A DNA stretch of 64,000 nucleotides from Octopus bimaculoides (lineage: Eukaryota), in assembly GCF_001194135.2 (NCBI RefSeq), contig NC_068981.1, positions 99,914,919 to 99,978,918 on the forward strand, read 5' to 3'. This document shows, piece by piece, positions 1-12,860 of this stretch (positions are counted from its first letter, which is position 1; every line of letters begins with the position of its first letter). The translations under genes were made by a program, and so were the position numbers. The notes beneath the pieces were generated by a model. The model did no database searches, was not told the origin of the DNA, and saw only the letters and a list, made by a program, of their open reading frames with translations.

Positions 1-254
1 ATGAACAAAGTTTCACTTGGGAATCAATAATTAGGTTATAGACTCACACAACTATAGTATGAGGGCAAGAGTTAATAAAAATCACAATTCTTTGCAAGGT
101 TTCAGCTAGAATGTTTCATAGCTTGTAATTAATAATGAAGTGTTGAAAATTTATTTGTTAGTGTAATTATGTTTAGATTTGGTTGATTGAATTTATTTCT
201 ATTTTAATTTCGTTACCTATTACAATCATCTCTGTTTTTGTTGTCCCTATCACC

Positions 255-600
255 TTCATTAGTTTCACCAACACATCTCTTCTCATCATCGCCACCCCAC
301 TACCATCACGATAATTAGCACTATAATTCTAATATTCACTTGTTCATGTTTTTCATCTCCATTGCCACATACGTCATCATCAACATCACCACTGTCATCA
401 TCATCATCACAGTGACCATCACAACAATAATCGTCATCAGCAACAATAATTTAATTAGCATTGTGCACATCACACTTCAGTATTATAACCATTATGATAA
501 TTACATTCAATACCACTACAACCAGCAATAATTCTACCACAATCACCACCACCATTTATACCTTTATATCATTTATATATTTATATCATCACTATCACCA
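255..600. repeat. Degenerate (CAT/CAC/CAA)n low-complexity tract
   Basis: Runs of catcatc, caccac and caacaa. These explain the T/I/H-rich ORFs at 340-646. Confidence 0.75.
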
Positions 601-1489
601 CTCTTACCTCACACTACAAACAAGACAGTCTCTATACAGGTGTTAGACCTGCAAGAAATAGCAGCCACATCTTCCTCAAATCACATCCTACTCTTTTAAA
701 AGAGGGTAAGACTTCCTGAACTGACATGTGGTTTTAGATGTAAAGTATTTGAATAAAATACAGAATGGTCATGGATGGAATGTCTTTGATCATAGATCTG
801 CCCAATCATGGCTGAACAACAATACAACAATAGCAGATACACCATGCACCTACCTCTCATGCCATTAATTCTACCTCAAAACTAAGTACTTTTCTCCAGT
901 TCTTCCTTCCCAAAATGTATGCTATTAAAGCTCATTCATTGATCATGTTTTGACCTCAACCACAAACTGCCAAAAGTTCAAACTAAATATTAATCCTTTG
1001 ATCCTCCAAATATACTTCACAGAACATGATCTTGTTCAACTGTACCCCTGGAAGATGCAAAAGTAGGCAGCCACATGGTTTTTGTGTTCATGTGCAAAAA
1101 ATAATGTTTCTACCTTATTAATGGGCTGTAAACACAAAACCATGGGGGTCCACTTGCTTTTGTGTCTTTCTAAATTGCACCCATTAAAGCATACTCACAG
1201 GTTCAAATGGTTAAACTACTTTAATCCCATTGAAGTTAATTTCCCCCATAATGCATTCTCAATGATCTAAAAGGCTTGTTGGTGATATGAAAAGTTTAAT
1301 TCTCCTGTTCTTTAGGTGTTTTAGTTATCAGAGACAAGATGATGTTGAAGCAACATGGTCAAACTTTTACTCTTCTCCTCACTGACTAATAAAGTTGTTG
1401 ATCCTCTCTGAGACCGCATAACCTAGTAGAAATAGGAGTCGAATCTCCCTCAAATTATACTCTATTGTCTAATAAAAAATATAAAAAGA

Positions 1490-1745
1490 TATGGCAGTGT
1501 GGTCCTTGATATACCAAACTACAAAATAATTACAGCTGGAACATGTTTTGCCATGGCAGCCAATTTTCCAAATGAACAAGGAAACTATATTTTCACTGGA
1601 TTTGTAAAATTGATAATGCAGCTCTTGACAGAAGTATCACCACTTTATGGTGATGAGACAGGATTTGAACACAGACATTATGGAGCTTCCTGCATGTCAT
1701 CGTGTGTTGTGTTCTAACAATTAAAGCAATCTGCAATTGTTAGAA
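1490..1745 (+). mobile_element. Very degraded RTE-type LINE ORF2 C-terminal fragment
   Basis: Translation gives YGSVVLD...LYGDET, then a shifted frame LNTDIMELPACHRVL. This loosely parallels the RTE YLGS...LLYGSETW...H.RCLR order. Confidence 0.35.
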
Positions 1746-1749
1746 CATC

Positions 1750-1890
1750 AGCCTTTTGTTTTTATCAAACCTGAAAGGATAAAAGGTAAAGTTACCTCAG
1801 TGAGATTTGAACTCAAATTGTAGAGACCCAGAACAAGTATTGCAGGGTGTTCAATCCAACAATCTAACTCTACCAATTCCCCACCTTTCA
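1750..1890 (-). mobile_element. Decayed tRNA-derived SINE (family E)
   Basis: gaaaggataaaaggtaaagtt...gagatttgaactca matches the copies at 16140, 34670, 46680 and 52612. The reverse complement carries a B-box-like gagttcaaat. Confidence 0.65.
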
Positions 1891-2009
1891 TCATAGCTCT
1901 ATTTAGTTAGCGTTAATAAATAAACTATTAACATCATCATCAAATAAATTTAATGTCATCCTTTATAATAGAATATGTAGCTCTGCTCTAACCAACTTTT
2001 ATTGAAACA

Positions 2010-2131
2010 ACACACACACACACACACATATATATATATTTACACAAATATACTTGTATAAATCCATTTGTTCTGTGAGCGTGGAAAATATATGCATAGG
2101 ATATATATGTATGTGTGGGTGTATAAATATT

Positions 2132-2167
<36 letters not shown>

Positions 2168-2222
2168 CGTGTGTGTGTGTGTGTGTGTGTGTGTGCATGT
2201 GTGTGTGTGTGTGTGTGTGTAT
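2010..2222. repeat. Compound (CA)n/(TA)n/(TG)n microsatellite
   Basis: Directly visible dinucleotide arrays. Confidence 0.95.
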
Positions 2223-3474
2223 TAATCAATGAAATTCCAGCTTAGTCAGATTTTCATATTTCATTATTTACAATTTTACAATATTGAAATAAATTGGTAC
2301 TATCATGCATTATGCAATTAAGTTTATGTAGTAACAGTTGTGTTCCACAATTGGCAACTGTAGATACACACAGTTGTCAAAAGATACACACATACATATA
2401 TATATATGTGTGTGTGATGCCTGTATGTATGTATGCTTGTGTATGGTTATGTGCATGTGTGTGTGTGTGTACATCCACTTGTTTCCCTTTCACAATTTCA
2501 GTATCTTCATGACAATACAAACTATCAAGTCCTCTCTTCTGCAGTCTAAACTTCACTATATTTTCAATGTATTCAGCTACATTCATCCACACCACAACAT
2601 ACATAATACAATACAACATTTGATCATACTTTTCCAAATCTGCCTAATTTTGCAGAACTTTGCTGTATTCCTCTACATTCTATTCTCCTTCCTTTTATTC
2701 ATCCATTCCAACCTCATGATATTGCAAGGACAATGGCCAAATGGATAACATATTGACCTAGCTATTCATAAGTTATGGGTTTAAACTCATCCTCAGCAAG
2801 TCTGTTGTATTTATGGATAGAACACATTAATTCTATATTGCCTCAGATCCTCTAACTGCCAAAAAATAAAATATTATGCTGAGATATTAACAGGGATAGA
2901 CAATGTCCTAACTAGATAGCAACTTATCTTTCATCCATTTCAAGAAATGACATCCGTATAGAAAACCCTAAATTTTAAATGAGCTAACAAGAGGGTCTCT
3001 AGAAATAGCAACCAAATCTCCCTTAATTCACACTTTTATGCTATGACTGAAAATAGAAAACACAATGGCATACCATTGATCATAGGTCTTTTGAATTAGG
3101 GCTGATTTGGCACTAAACAACTAGTGATCCTTAAAAAGTTCTTAAGGGTTTTAAGGCTTTTCCATATATATGCTAACAGACTCTTGTTTACTATATTCCA
3201 CTATACTTTCCAAATTCTTCTATATTTTTCATAAAATATATAATCTAAAAGAAAGTAAAAAAATAAGGAAATTAAAAAACAACAAAAAGCAAAAAAGAAG
3301 AAACACAAGAACTGAAAGTGAAGAAATCAATAATGATGGATCAATAATACCATAGCTTAACCTCAATCATTCTAACTTCGATATCTTTTATAGTCTCCTG
3401 TAATTCTTAATATCTAAAACACCAAGAGAAAGTGAAAAAGTAAATTACACACACGTGTGTATACATATATAATT

Positions 3475-3505
<31 letters not shown>

Positions 3506-3919
3506 TATACACATATATTTACACATGCACACAAAAAGACATATATATATATATTTGTGTGTATTATATAGATATATCACACACAGATATACATAGATAT
3601 ATACATATGCATATATACATATAAATACCATCTAATCACCATACCACACCACACCACAACTCCATCATAACACATTATGCTATCTGCCATCCCACAACAC
3701 ACCCACAGCTCATTTCTTGCAGCAAAGAAATTAAGAGACAGTGAAAAAGTTATTACTTCTGCTGCTATTTACCACAGCTGCTTTACAAGTGGTGACTAAT
3801 CATTTTAACCCAAATAAAAGGTACCAGAATAAAATATATAATTCAATAATAGAAACGTAAATATAAAAATTAAAAGGAATGAACAGGAAAAAATAGCAAA
3901 ATATTAGGCATATCTCAGT

Positions 3920-4116
3920 GGGGGCGTGGAACCAATTTTGCTAATTAATATAAAGAAAATTTTGCTCAGTTGATCTGGGTTAAAGAAACTAATACTGTTT
4001 ATTTATGTCGATCTTGTTTGAGCTGAGATGTTTTTTAAGTTGATCAAATACTGATTGGCAGATCAGGCGTACTATCTTTCTCATCCATTCCTACTTATTG
4101 CCATGTATTGGTAAGC
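3920..4116 (+). promoter_or_regulatory. Candidate promoter and short first exon
   Basis: GC box GGGGGCGTGG at 3920-3929, CCAAT at 3932, reverse NF-Y site CTGATTGGC at 4051-4059, GCCATG (ATG at 4103) and a donor TG|GTAAGC at 4110/4111. No downstream exon could be linked. Confidence 0.25.
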
Positions 4117-5689
4117 TAGTAATACGTTAATACAGCTACACAGAAGAGATGAAAAACAATTTGAAATGAATGGAGGCATGCTGTGTTGCAGACTAGTCTA
4201 ACCTGTAAAGAAAAGAGCACCAAAAGGATGATGATGATGATTGTAGTGGTGTGACTGTAATATACTTTGGGGGAGAATACTATCCATGTTTGACCAGTAC
4301 TGCTTGCACAGTTTGCCTCTCATGGTTAAGAAACACAATGACAGCATTACTAAAATGTGCCAACATGTCTTTACAAAGAAGTCAGCTGTGCACTCTATTG
4401 AGCATTAGCTTGGCCATAAACTTAAACAGGCCAATTAACTGACATGCCATGCTTCTGAAGTTGACTCATGAATGGGGAAGAATGATAATGAGATTGGATA
4501 AGGGTCAGGAACATGCTGATTATGGACTAGTGTCTGATACTTCCTGGATTGCCAGGAGCAATCATATTAACAGCTTAAAGATGGCTTCTAACATGGTGCA
4601 ATACTGCAGCTGATAATAATCTTGTATTCACTTCCTTTCCTCTGTACAATAAGCCTGAAATTTCTTCTAATCTCTCCCATGTAGCTGAAACCACTCTTAT
4701 AATAATTTGCAGTTCATAGTTCTTGAATAAAAGAAATTAAATTTCTTTTATTCACGGAATCACATTTATAACAGGTTTTTGGCCTCAAGATATGAAAAAT
4801 GTGATAACAAATCATCACACACACACAGTATTATAAATTAGGCTCTAAATATGGTTAAAGCTTACCAGATGGCTTCACAAATGAGTAAGTTTCTCCACAA
4901 AGAAAGGATGGCTGTACAGAAACTTAATTATTTCTGAAATTATCCAGAAATATTTTGGCTGTATATGGAATTTAATTTGTGATACTGCATAAATAATAAA
5001 ACTACTATATTACCTAACACCATGTGCTTTTTTTTCTGACTTGTGAAAACTCCCCCTACTCCATCATTTTTCCTTCATATCATCTATTTTTCTATCTGGA
5101 ACTATTTCACTTGATATACATCTTAAATACTGTCCTCTCCACCGACATTTTACATTAATCACCCTACTAAGCCATCTCTCTCCTCTTTACCCTGTCCACT
5201 CTGTCATCATTACTATTCTGCAATTCTTCCCTCCCCCATGCAGCATTTGTCATCCTCTCCTTTTATATCCACCATTCATTATAACTCTCTGCAGTTGTCA
5301 TCTACTCTTCCTTACCGTCTTACTTATCAACACTCAATGCTTGTTCTCTCATTATATTTACTGCCTTATTCATTTCCCATCTCTCACTCTCCTGTGCACT
5401 CCTGAGTCTTGTGTCTTCACTCATTTCTACTTACCTCATACATCGAGGGTTTATTCAGACACCTCATCACTACAATTTGTATCCCTTTCCAGCTCCATTC
5501 CACTCACCTCCAACCTTTCTTCTAAAATGTGAGCAACCATGTGGCTCCTTTACAGCTAGAAACCGTTTCTGCTCTAGCCCCTTCTCTCACATTTTAACCC
5601 ATCAACTCATAAAATAAAGCTACCTATCGCTCTGAGCTCATAGTCTTACAAGCTGCATGGTTACCATACTAGTGATGGTGCCACACTTG

Positions 5690-5850
5690 TGTCAACATGA
5701 GGAAGGGCATCCAGCCCTAGAATCTATGCCAAAGCAGATACTGAAGCATGATACAGTCCTTGGACCCCTCAAATCCTGTCAAACCATCCAATCCATGCCA
5801 GCATGGAACATGGATTTTAAATGTGAATGAGAATGATGATGATGGTGTAG
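5690..5850 (+). mobile_element. RTE-type 3' tail fragment
   Basis: ggaagggcatccagcc...ccatgccagcatggaa followed by a gatgat tail. Same 3' end as the RTE at 29.1-30.3 kb. Confidence 0.7.
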
Positions 5851-5995
5851 AGTATTGACCATAATGTAAATGGTTAAAATTCTTTAAGTATTTGATTGAA
5901 AAGTCTCTGTAGCATTTGATATCAGGATGTATAAAATATTCTGTCTGACTACAAGTTTGAACCTGATTTTTGTAAAAATTATAAAGACTGTTGCT

Positions 5996-6311
5996 ATTTA
6001 CTGATGCATAATGAATTTATGAAGAGTTCTCAGAGAGTAACAGACACATTTTAGGATATTAAAATGATTTCAGGGTGAAGATACATATTAGCTATTCAGA
6101 AATACACACAGACTGTTAACTTCACTTAAACATTTATTGTTTGTAATAATGTGCCAAATTTATTGTTGCTTCAAATTGTCAGAGACCAGGTTGCAGTTAT
6201 GGAGTAATGAAAATTTTAACACCATATTATGAACAATAAATGTTTAAGTGAAGTTTGTCTTTGTGAGTTTCTGAATGGCTAATATATATCTTCCAAACTA
6301 CAATCATTTTA
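5996..6311. repeat. Foldback/MITE-like element with inverted arms 6060-6153 and 6222-6311
   Basis: gactgttaacttcacttaaacatttattgtt is the near reverse complement of aacaataaatgtttaagtgaagtttgtc. Pairing extends about 90 bp. Confidence 0.75.
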
Positions 6312-6384
6312 GTTTCAACACAAATTCAGAGATCAAGACACCTGGCATGCATGTATCTCTCCATAATTTTAGTGTACTACTTTT

Positions 6385-7430
6385 CTTTATAAAGCAAAGA
6401 GCATATTCATTACATTATGCTTTCTGAGTGTCATTAAAGTTCTACTGAAAGTAAAATAGCCAAAAATATTCAAAAGGCTTTTGATCAAGATGCAGTGAAT
6501 GAAAGAACTTGCAGAAGGTCATTTGGAAAATTCAGACATGGCAATTTCAGTGTGCTTGATGAACCTAGATCGATATGTGCTTCCAAACTGGATGATGAAT
6601 TGTGCAAGGTAAGAATTGAAAGCTTTCCATAGGGTTTAATGACAGTATTATGACTACAATCATTTGAAGGGGCCTGGAAAAATTTCAAAGTGGAGGGAAA
6701 ATTGATTCCTTATGCTCTCTTAGTAACAAATTGTCAATAAAGGCTTCACTGCTGTGAATTACGCACTATTTTTTGGAGCAGATTGTGAATGGAGATAAGA
6801 AATGGATACATTACAGCAATATTAAGTACTAAAGACAAAGGCTTATCTCAAATAGAAACCCTGTACCACTTCAATGAAAGGAACTTCAAAAGAAAATTTT
6901 ATTGAGTGTTTAGTGGAATAAGGAAGGAATTTCATCCTCAAAAGCTCATTTAATATGAGCTTTTAAGGTTGAATCAAATAATCACTTCTGATATCTACTG
7001 TCAACAACTTTACCATTTGAAGACTATTTTGGTCAGAAAACATCCAACCTCAATAAACCATAGGGAAGTTTTCTTTCATTATGATAGTGCCTTGACCTCA
7101 TACCCCACAAATCACTAAAAATGCTCTGGAATCATTCAGATAGGAAATATGTTACACCTTCTATATTCTCCAGTCATTGCTCTATCAGACTTCCTCTAAT
7201 CTAAAACTTTACAAAACTTTTCTTGTTTAGTTAGGAAAAATATGGCCAGAAGGGAAGACATAGAAAATGAATTAAAAATGTATTTTAATTCAAAATACAA
7301 AGAATTAACCAAATCATACATTCAAAACTGAAGGAAATTATACACATAATTACAATCACTGTATTAGATATAATGTTTGTGTTTTTAAATAAATACTAAA
7401 AATCAGATGGAACTTTCTATACAACTAATA
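6385..7430 (+). mobile_element. Degenerate mariner transposase relic (stops and frameshifts)
   Basis: KEHIHYIML; IQKAFDQDAVNERTCRRSFGKFRHGNFSVLDEPRS (HTH); FLEQIVNGDKKWIHYSN (first D); YELL...IYCQQL; FHYDSA (second D); HLLYSPVIALSDF (YSPDLAPSD-like). Confidence 0.92.
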
Positions 7431-7611
7431 TAAACTGCTAATAACTATGGTTAGTTGAGCTTCTTAATGTATTGTCTTGTTTTATTCTCTCTCTCTCTCT
7501 CTCTATCCTTCCTGCACTTCCAATCTCATCATTGCAGCCTCCACTCATCTTTCCTCTGCATTCACTAAAGACCTCACCTCAATCCCAACTCCCCTACCTA
7601 TGGGAGAATAT

Positions 7612-7770
7612 CACAATATTACAAACAATAAACATTTAAGCAAAGTTAACAGTCTTTGCGTGTTTCTGAATGGCTAATGTGTGTCTTCAACACTGCAATC
7701 ATTTTAATATACAAAAATATGTTTGTTACTTTCTGAGAACTCTTCATGAAATGATTATGCATCAGTAAAT
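7612..7770. repeat. Third arm of the foldback family, inverted relative to 5996-6153
   Basis: About 160 bp reverse-complement similarity to 5996-6153 (e.g. gttactttctgagaactcttcatgaaat vs aatttatgaagagttctcagagagtaac). Confidence 0.75.
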
Positions 7771-8507
7771 GTCCACATTACATAGAATAAATTTCAACAG
7801 GTTCAAATTTGTAATCAGACAGAACATTCTACACAACCTGATATTAATGCTAAAGAAACTTTTAAATCAGATACTTAAAGAATCTTAACTATTTACATTA
7901 TGGTCAGTTGCTATACACCACTACCACAACCACCACTACCCTCTTCCTCCTCCTCATTTAAAATCCATATTCCATGCTAGCATGGATTGGATGGTTTGAC
8001 AGGATGTGAGGAGTCCAAGGACTGTATCATGCTCCAATGTCTGCTTTGGTATAGTTTCTGGGGCTGGATGCCCTTCTTAGTGTTAACAAAAGTGTGTACT
8101 GGGTGCTTTTTTGTGGCACAGCACTAAATTTTGGTTACCATTGTATTGTGCCATTTTGAAGACAAGAATAACTATTTACTCAATTTAAAAAAATATTTTG
8201 GCATTTTTCTGTATAACATATCACAGCAAAACAGCAAAGACAGTATTAAAATTATAGAAAAACGAAATTATAACAAAATAAAACAAACATGCGAGCATGT
8301 ATCTGACTTATGCACTGTTCACTTTCCAGATATTTTTACATTACTGCATATGCTTTATATGCACTTTTGACAAGTTGTAGTGCACCTGAGCACTGTATAC
8401 AATAATTTCATTATTATTAAATTAAAATCTATATCATTTAAATGTTAAAGGAACTTCTGAATTACCTTGCGTGGGTATGAGTGTGTACCAGCATGCAATC
8501 ATGTATG

Positions 8508-8544
<37 letters not shown>

Positions 8545-9869
8545 AGAGCACCTGTAAATGGATCCTCCATTGGTTTTGAAAATGACTATTATATTTGTTT
8601 GACCAACTGAACTACCTGCTAATGTGTTGTGTGTAGTGAGTACTCTACTGACACATGTATTCTTAATCTATTCCTCAATCAGAATCAGTATGATGCAGTG
8701 TATGATGAGCTGGTTCTTTGAATTACAGTTACAGTCCATCTGAACTTCTACACTTTGTGACTGAAATTGACTAGATGAAACCTGTCAAATGATCTGTGTC
8801 TATGTTTGTGTGTGTGTGTGTGCATATGCATGTGTGTGTATGTGCATAGCCCAGTCTTTCTGTCTCACTATCTTTTCCTCATTAATTTCCTATTCTTTGC
8901 ATTTGCATTTGATAATTTTTTTTTTGCTTTCCTTATCTCTTTTTTTTTCATCTTTTTCTCTCCTCTCTCTTTGATCCTTTTTCTTAGTTTAGCTCAACTC
9001 ACTGCTTCTATTCAATTTCCTCTTTAATCATTTATCTCTCATTTTTCATTTTGTTTCTTTGTTCCCACTATCTTTCTCATTCTTTGATCTATCTCTCTAT
9101 CCTTTCTTCCTCTTCTCTCTCTCTCTCTCAGCTTCTACTTTTTCACTCCCAGACTATCATCATCATTGTTTTAACATATACATTTCTTAATGGTTGCATG
9201 TGTCAGACAGAACTTGTCGAGGTGAATTTTCTATGGCTGGATACCCTTCCTGTTGCCAAAACTCAACTTATCTGATATAATTTTGTAATCCTAATTCGAA
9301 ATTATAAATATAACAGTTGTTGCTTTAGCCCCAGGTAGCTCTAACTAAGCAGACATTATGATCAAAGGCATGCCAGCCATGACCATCTCATCCCTTTTTT
9401 TCAGACAGTGTATCCTTCCTTTCCATGTGTGTGTGTGTGTGATGGTGTCTCCTTGTTTTGGCATTACATGGTGGTTGTAAAAGAGTTTCACTGTCATACA
9501 AAAGTCATCATAGAGTAGAGTGTGGCTTGAGGGAAATATGACTACTATTTCTAGCTGACTAGGGGACCATGTAGGGTAGTGCTTCTCAATCAGGATTCAT
9601 ATGGACCTTGGGGGCCATATAAGATTTTGTTGTTAAAATTTATTTGCAATAGATCTGTTATACTTCTACAATTCACAAAAAATATTTTAACAATTTTTTC
9701 ATACAATTCCTTATAATATTTAATTATAAAAATATAATAGGATCTTTTAAACATTGAATGGCTACGAGGGTCCATCCAAGTACAATAGGAATCAGAGGAG
9801 GTCCACAGATGAAAAATGGTTGAGAAACACTGATGTAAGAAGATAATAATGAAAATATAGTATTTTCAC

Positions 9870-10252
9870 AGGTGCAGGAGTGGCTGTGTGGTAAGTAGCT
9901 TGCTTACCAACCACATGGTTCTGGGTTCATTCCCACTGCGTGGCACCTTGGGCAAGTGTCTTCTACTATAGCCTCGGGCTGACCAAAGCCTTGTGAATGG
10001 ATTTGGTAGATGGAAAGTGAAAGAAGCCCATCGTATATATGTATATATATATATATATGTATGTGTGTATATATGTTTTTATCTGTGTTTGTCCCCCCCC
10101 CCCCANNNNNNNNNNGGTTCAGCAAAAGAGATCGATAGAATAAGTACTAGGCTTCCAAAGAATAAGTTCTGGGGTCGATTTGCTCGACTAAAGGCGGTGC
10201 TCCAGCATGGCCGCAGTAAAATGACTGAAACAAGTAAAAAAGTAAAAGAGTA
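9870..10252 (+). mobile_element. tRNA-derived SINE (family A), near full length
   Basis: A-box-like TGGCTGTGTGG at 9881, B-box-like GGGTTCATTCCC, an internal TA/TG microsatellite and the tail gactgaaacaagtaaaaaagtaaaagag. Many copies in the window. Confidence 0.88.
10106..10115. other. Short assembly gap (N) inside a SINE
   Basis: Run of about 10 N. Confidence 0.9.
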
Positions 10253-10564
10253 AGTATGGAATTACAATAAATTACTGTTTTGATCTTAAGGTGTAAACCA
10301 GTGGTCTTTAACATGTGTGGTAACATCTTGTTGGGAGCACTGTTGGCATACAAGAGGTAATTGAATATCAAGGGGTTACTTTAGGGAGTGTTGGGTGTTT
10401 ATAGGGGTCATAAGTTTTCTTAGGAATAAAATTTTATCCTGGCATACTACTTATATTTTAAACACATTTTCAAAAACAAATATTTTGTCAGATTTAGAAT
10501 ATGAATAGAACAGTGTGTAGAAAAGATGATTGATGATATAATAACAAGACCCAAAATAATTTCA

Positions 10565-11140
10565 TTATATAGGTTGCAGACATGGGTTTGTGGTTAAAAA
10601 GGCTGCCAACACTATTTCAGATTGACTCCCACTGTGTGGCACCTTAGGTAAATGTCTTCAACTATAGCCCTAAGACATTTTCCCAAGGTGTCACACAGCT
10701 GAAGATATTTGGTCAACCCTGGGCTGACCAAAGTTTTGTGAGTGAATTTGGTACATGGAAACTGCAAGAAGCTCATTGTCAACATCATCATCCTTTAGTG
10801 TCTGATTTCCATGCTGGCATGGGTTAGATGGTTTGACTGGAAATCATAAACCTGAGAGCTGCACCAAATTCCAGTCTGATGTGGCATGGTTTCTATGGCT
10901 GAATGCTCTTCCTAACACCAACATTGTATGCGCATGTGTGAATGTGTGTTAGTGTCTTCTTGTTTTGACATCACATGATGGTTGTAAAAGTGTGTCACTG
11001 GCATGTAAGTGATGTATTTTGCTTCCAATCTTCCATGGAAACATGTCTGACCAAGGTATAATGGTACGCTACTTGGAGACAGGTGACGGTTCTATTGAAC
11101 CCATGCAAACATGGAAAAGCGGTCGATAAAACAATGAGAA
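10565..11140. mobile_element. Nested decayed SINE family A head, antisense RTE 3' tail and SINE body
   Basis: Matches to the family A head (10565-10770), the antisense RTE tail (10780-10920) and the SINE 3' body (10940-11140). Confidence 0.6.
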
Positions 11141-11354
11141 AGCCTTTAGATTCTTTAGTAATTTCCATAAAAATTTAAAATATAGGGCTCTAGTTGATAG
11201 AAATATGTAAAAAAGGCAAATGTTCAATGGAAAGTACAAGAAAATATGTGCTTCTATTTGATTGAAATAAATTGCTGTTTGTTTTTCCTTTTGATTGTTT
11301 TGCTTAAATATGGTTGTGTGGTTGAGAAACTTGTTTTACAGCAGCAATAATGGT

Positions 11355-11545
11355 CATCATCATCGTCATTTAATGTCCGTTTTCTGTGCTGGCACTGGAC
11401 GGACAATTTGATGGGAACTGGTAAACCAAAGGATTGTCCCAAGCTCCACTGTCTGCTTTGACATGGTTTTACTGATGCATGCCCTTCCAAATGCCAACCG
11501 CTTTATAGAGTGGACTGGGTGCTTTTCATGTGGGCCCAGCACAGT
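11355..11545 (-). mobile_element. RTE-type 3' tail fragment
   Basis: catcatcgtcatttaatgtccgttttc...gcccttccaaatgccaacc is the antisense of the RTE 3' end. Confidence 0.75.
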
Positions 11546-12289
11546 TGAGGTTACCAAATAACTTGTTAGACAGAGATCCCTCAACTCAAAGCATGAGTGG
11601 TAGTGAGAGAGGTGGCTTTGTATCAGGTAATGAGAAATCAATAGGATAAACACCAAACTTAAAAATAAATATTGGGATTGATTTGTTCAACTAAATTGTT
11701 GAAGACAGTGCCCTCAGCATGGTCACAGTCCAATGACTGAAACAAGTAAAAAGATAAAAAGGGAAAAAAGAGGGTGTTTATAAAAGACCATTTGATAAAA
11801 AAGGGAGCAGTGAGCAACAAAATTTGAGAGCCACTAGTTAAAGCTGTCTTTTTTTCTTCACACAAGTCCTTTGAGACTTCATCAATAGTAGTTTCAATCT
11901 AAATGCAAGTAAAATTTGCCTGCACATCAGAAGTTCTCCACCATCTGTAGTTTAGACAATCTTCCATTGGTTTGTAAATGTAACAGTGGCTCAAAATGGT
12001 TATTAGAATGGTTTCACTACTAATGGAGATCTTCAACAGACAATCAGCTGAGAAAGGGTAGCCTTGTAGAATATGTTTTTATTACCGACCATCCCTCCTT
12101 CTGTCTGGGCATTAGGTTTGGCTGTTCTCAGTTATCATACACACAAATCGCACATACACACATAATCACAAATGAAAAAAACAACAACTGTGGACAGAAA
12201 TGGATGTTTGTCTCAAGTTTCACACTATGTTAATAGATTACAAGTAATTAACCCCCTAAAAGACTGCAATGGGTAATCTGAGTATGAGA

Positions 12290-12860
12290 CAGAAAAAGTA
12301 AAGGGTAAGTGGAGGTGATGGTGATGACAGTGGAAATATTGATAGTGCTAGAAAAACTTGAGATGATGATGATGGCAACAATGAAGATAATGATGGTGAT
12401 AGAATGGCAGGACTGGTGTTTGTGATAGTAGTATTGGAAATGATGATTTTGTTGGTAGTCATGGAATAGTGGTACAACTGGTTGGTGGTGATGATGATTG
12501 GTATTATGTTGATACTGTTTACCTCTATATCAATCCTGACTGAACAGATCTTAGGAGCAAAGGCATTCCAGACATGACCACCCCATTATTTAAAGGCATT
12601 TTTTTAGGGCTACATTAATGTGACCTTAACCTTTTTAAAAATGCTAGAATGATTTAAAGGAGATTTGGTTACTGCTTCTAGCAAGTCAAGCAATCACATA
12701 GAGGCCTCTTTTTATAGCTTGTAATAATGCTATTACTGATGGTAGTGGTGGTGGTAGTGGAGATAGTAGAAGTGTAGTAGTGGTGGATTTGATGGCAGCA
12801 CTAGTAATGGTGTTGGTGATAGTTAAAATAGTGTTATTGATGATGCTGTTGGTAGCAATA
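12290..12860. repeat. Degenerate (GAT/GGT)n low-complexity tracts interrupted by a dispersed repeat at about 12520-12705
   Basis: gatgatg and ggtggtag runs. The interrupting block (gatttggttactgcttctagc) recurs at about 670, 41400, 57330 and 60390. Confidence 0.65.

Noticed and set aside
340-646. T/I/H-rich ORFs
   Set aside because: Translation of a degenerate CAT/CAC low-complexity tract.
2054-2748. CV/YI/HT-repeat ORFs (also at 16.4, 24.0, 28.9, 47.1, 53.9 and 61.8 kb)
   Set aside because: Dinucleotide microsatellites lack stop codons in some frames.
4150-4912. Possible minus-strand terminal exons (4866-4911 PSFLCGETYSFVKPS, then G|GT TAG at about 4204)
   Set aside because: Splice sites are plausible, but the peptide is too short to assess and no upstream exon links to it.
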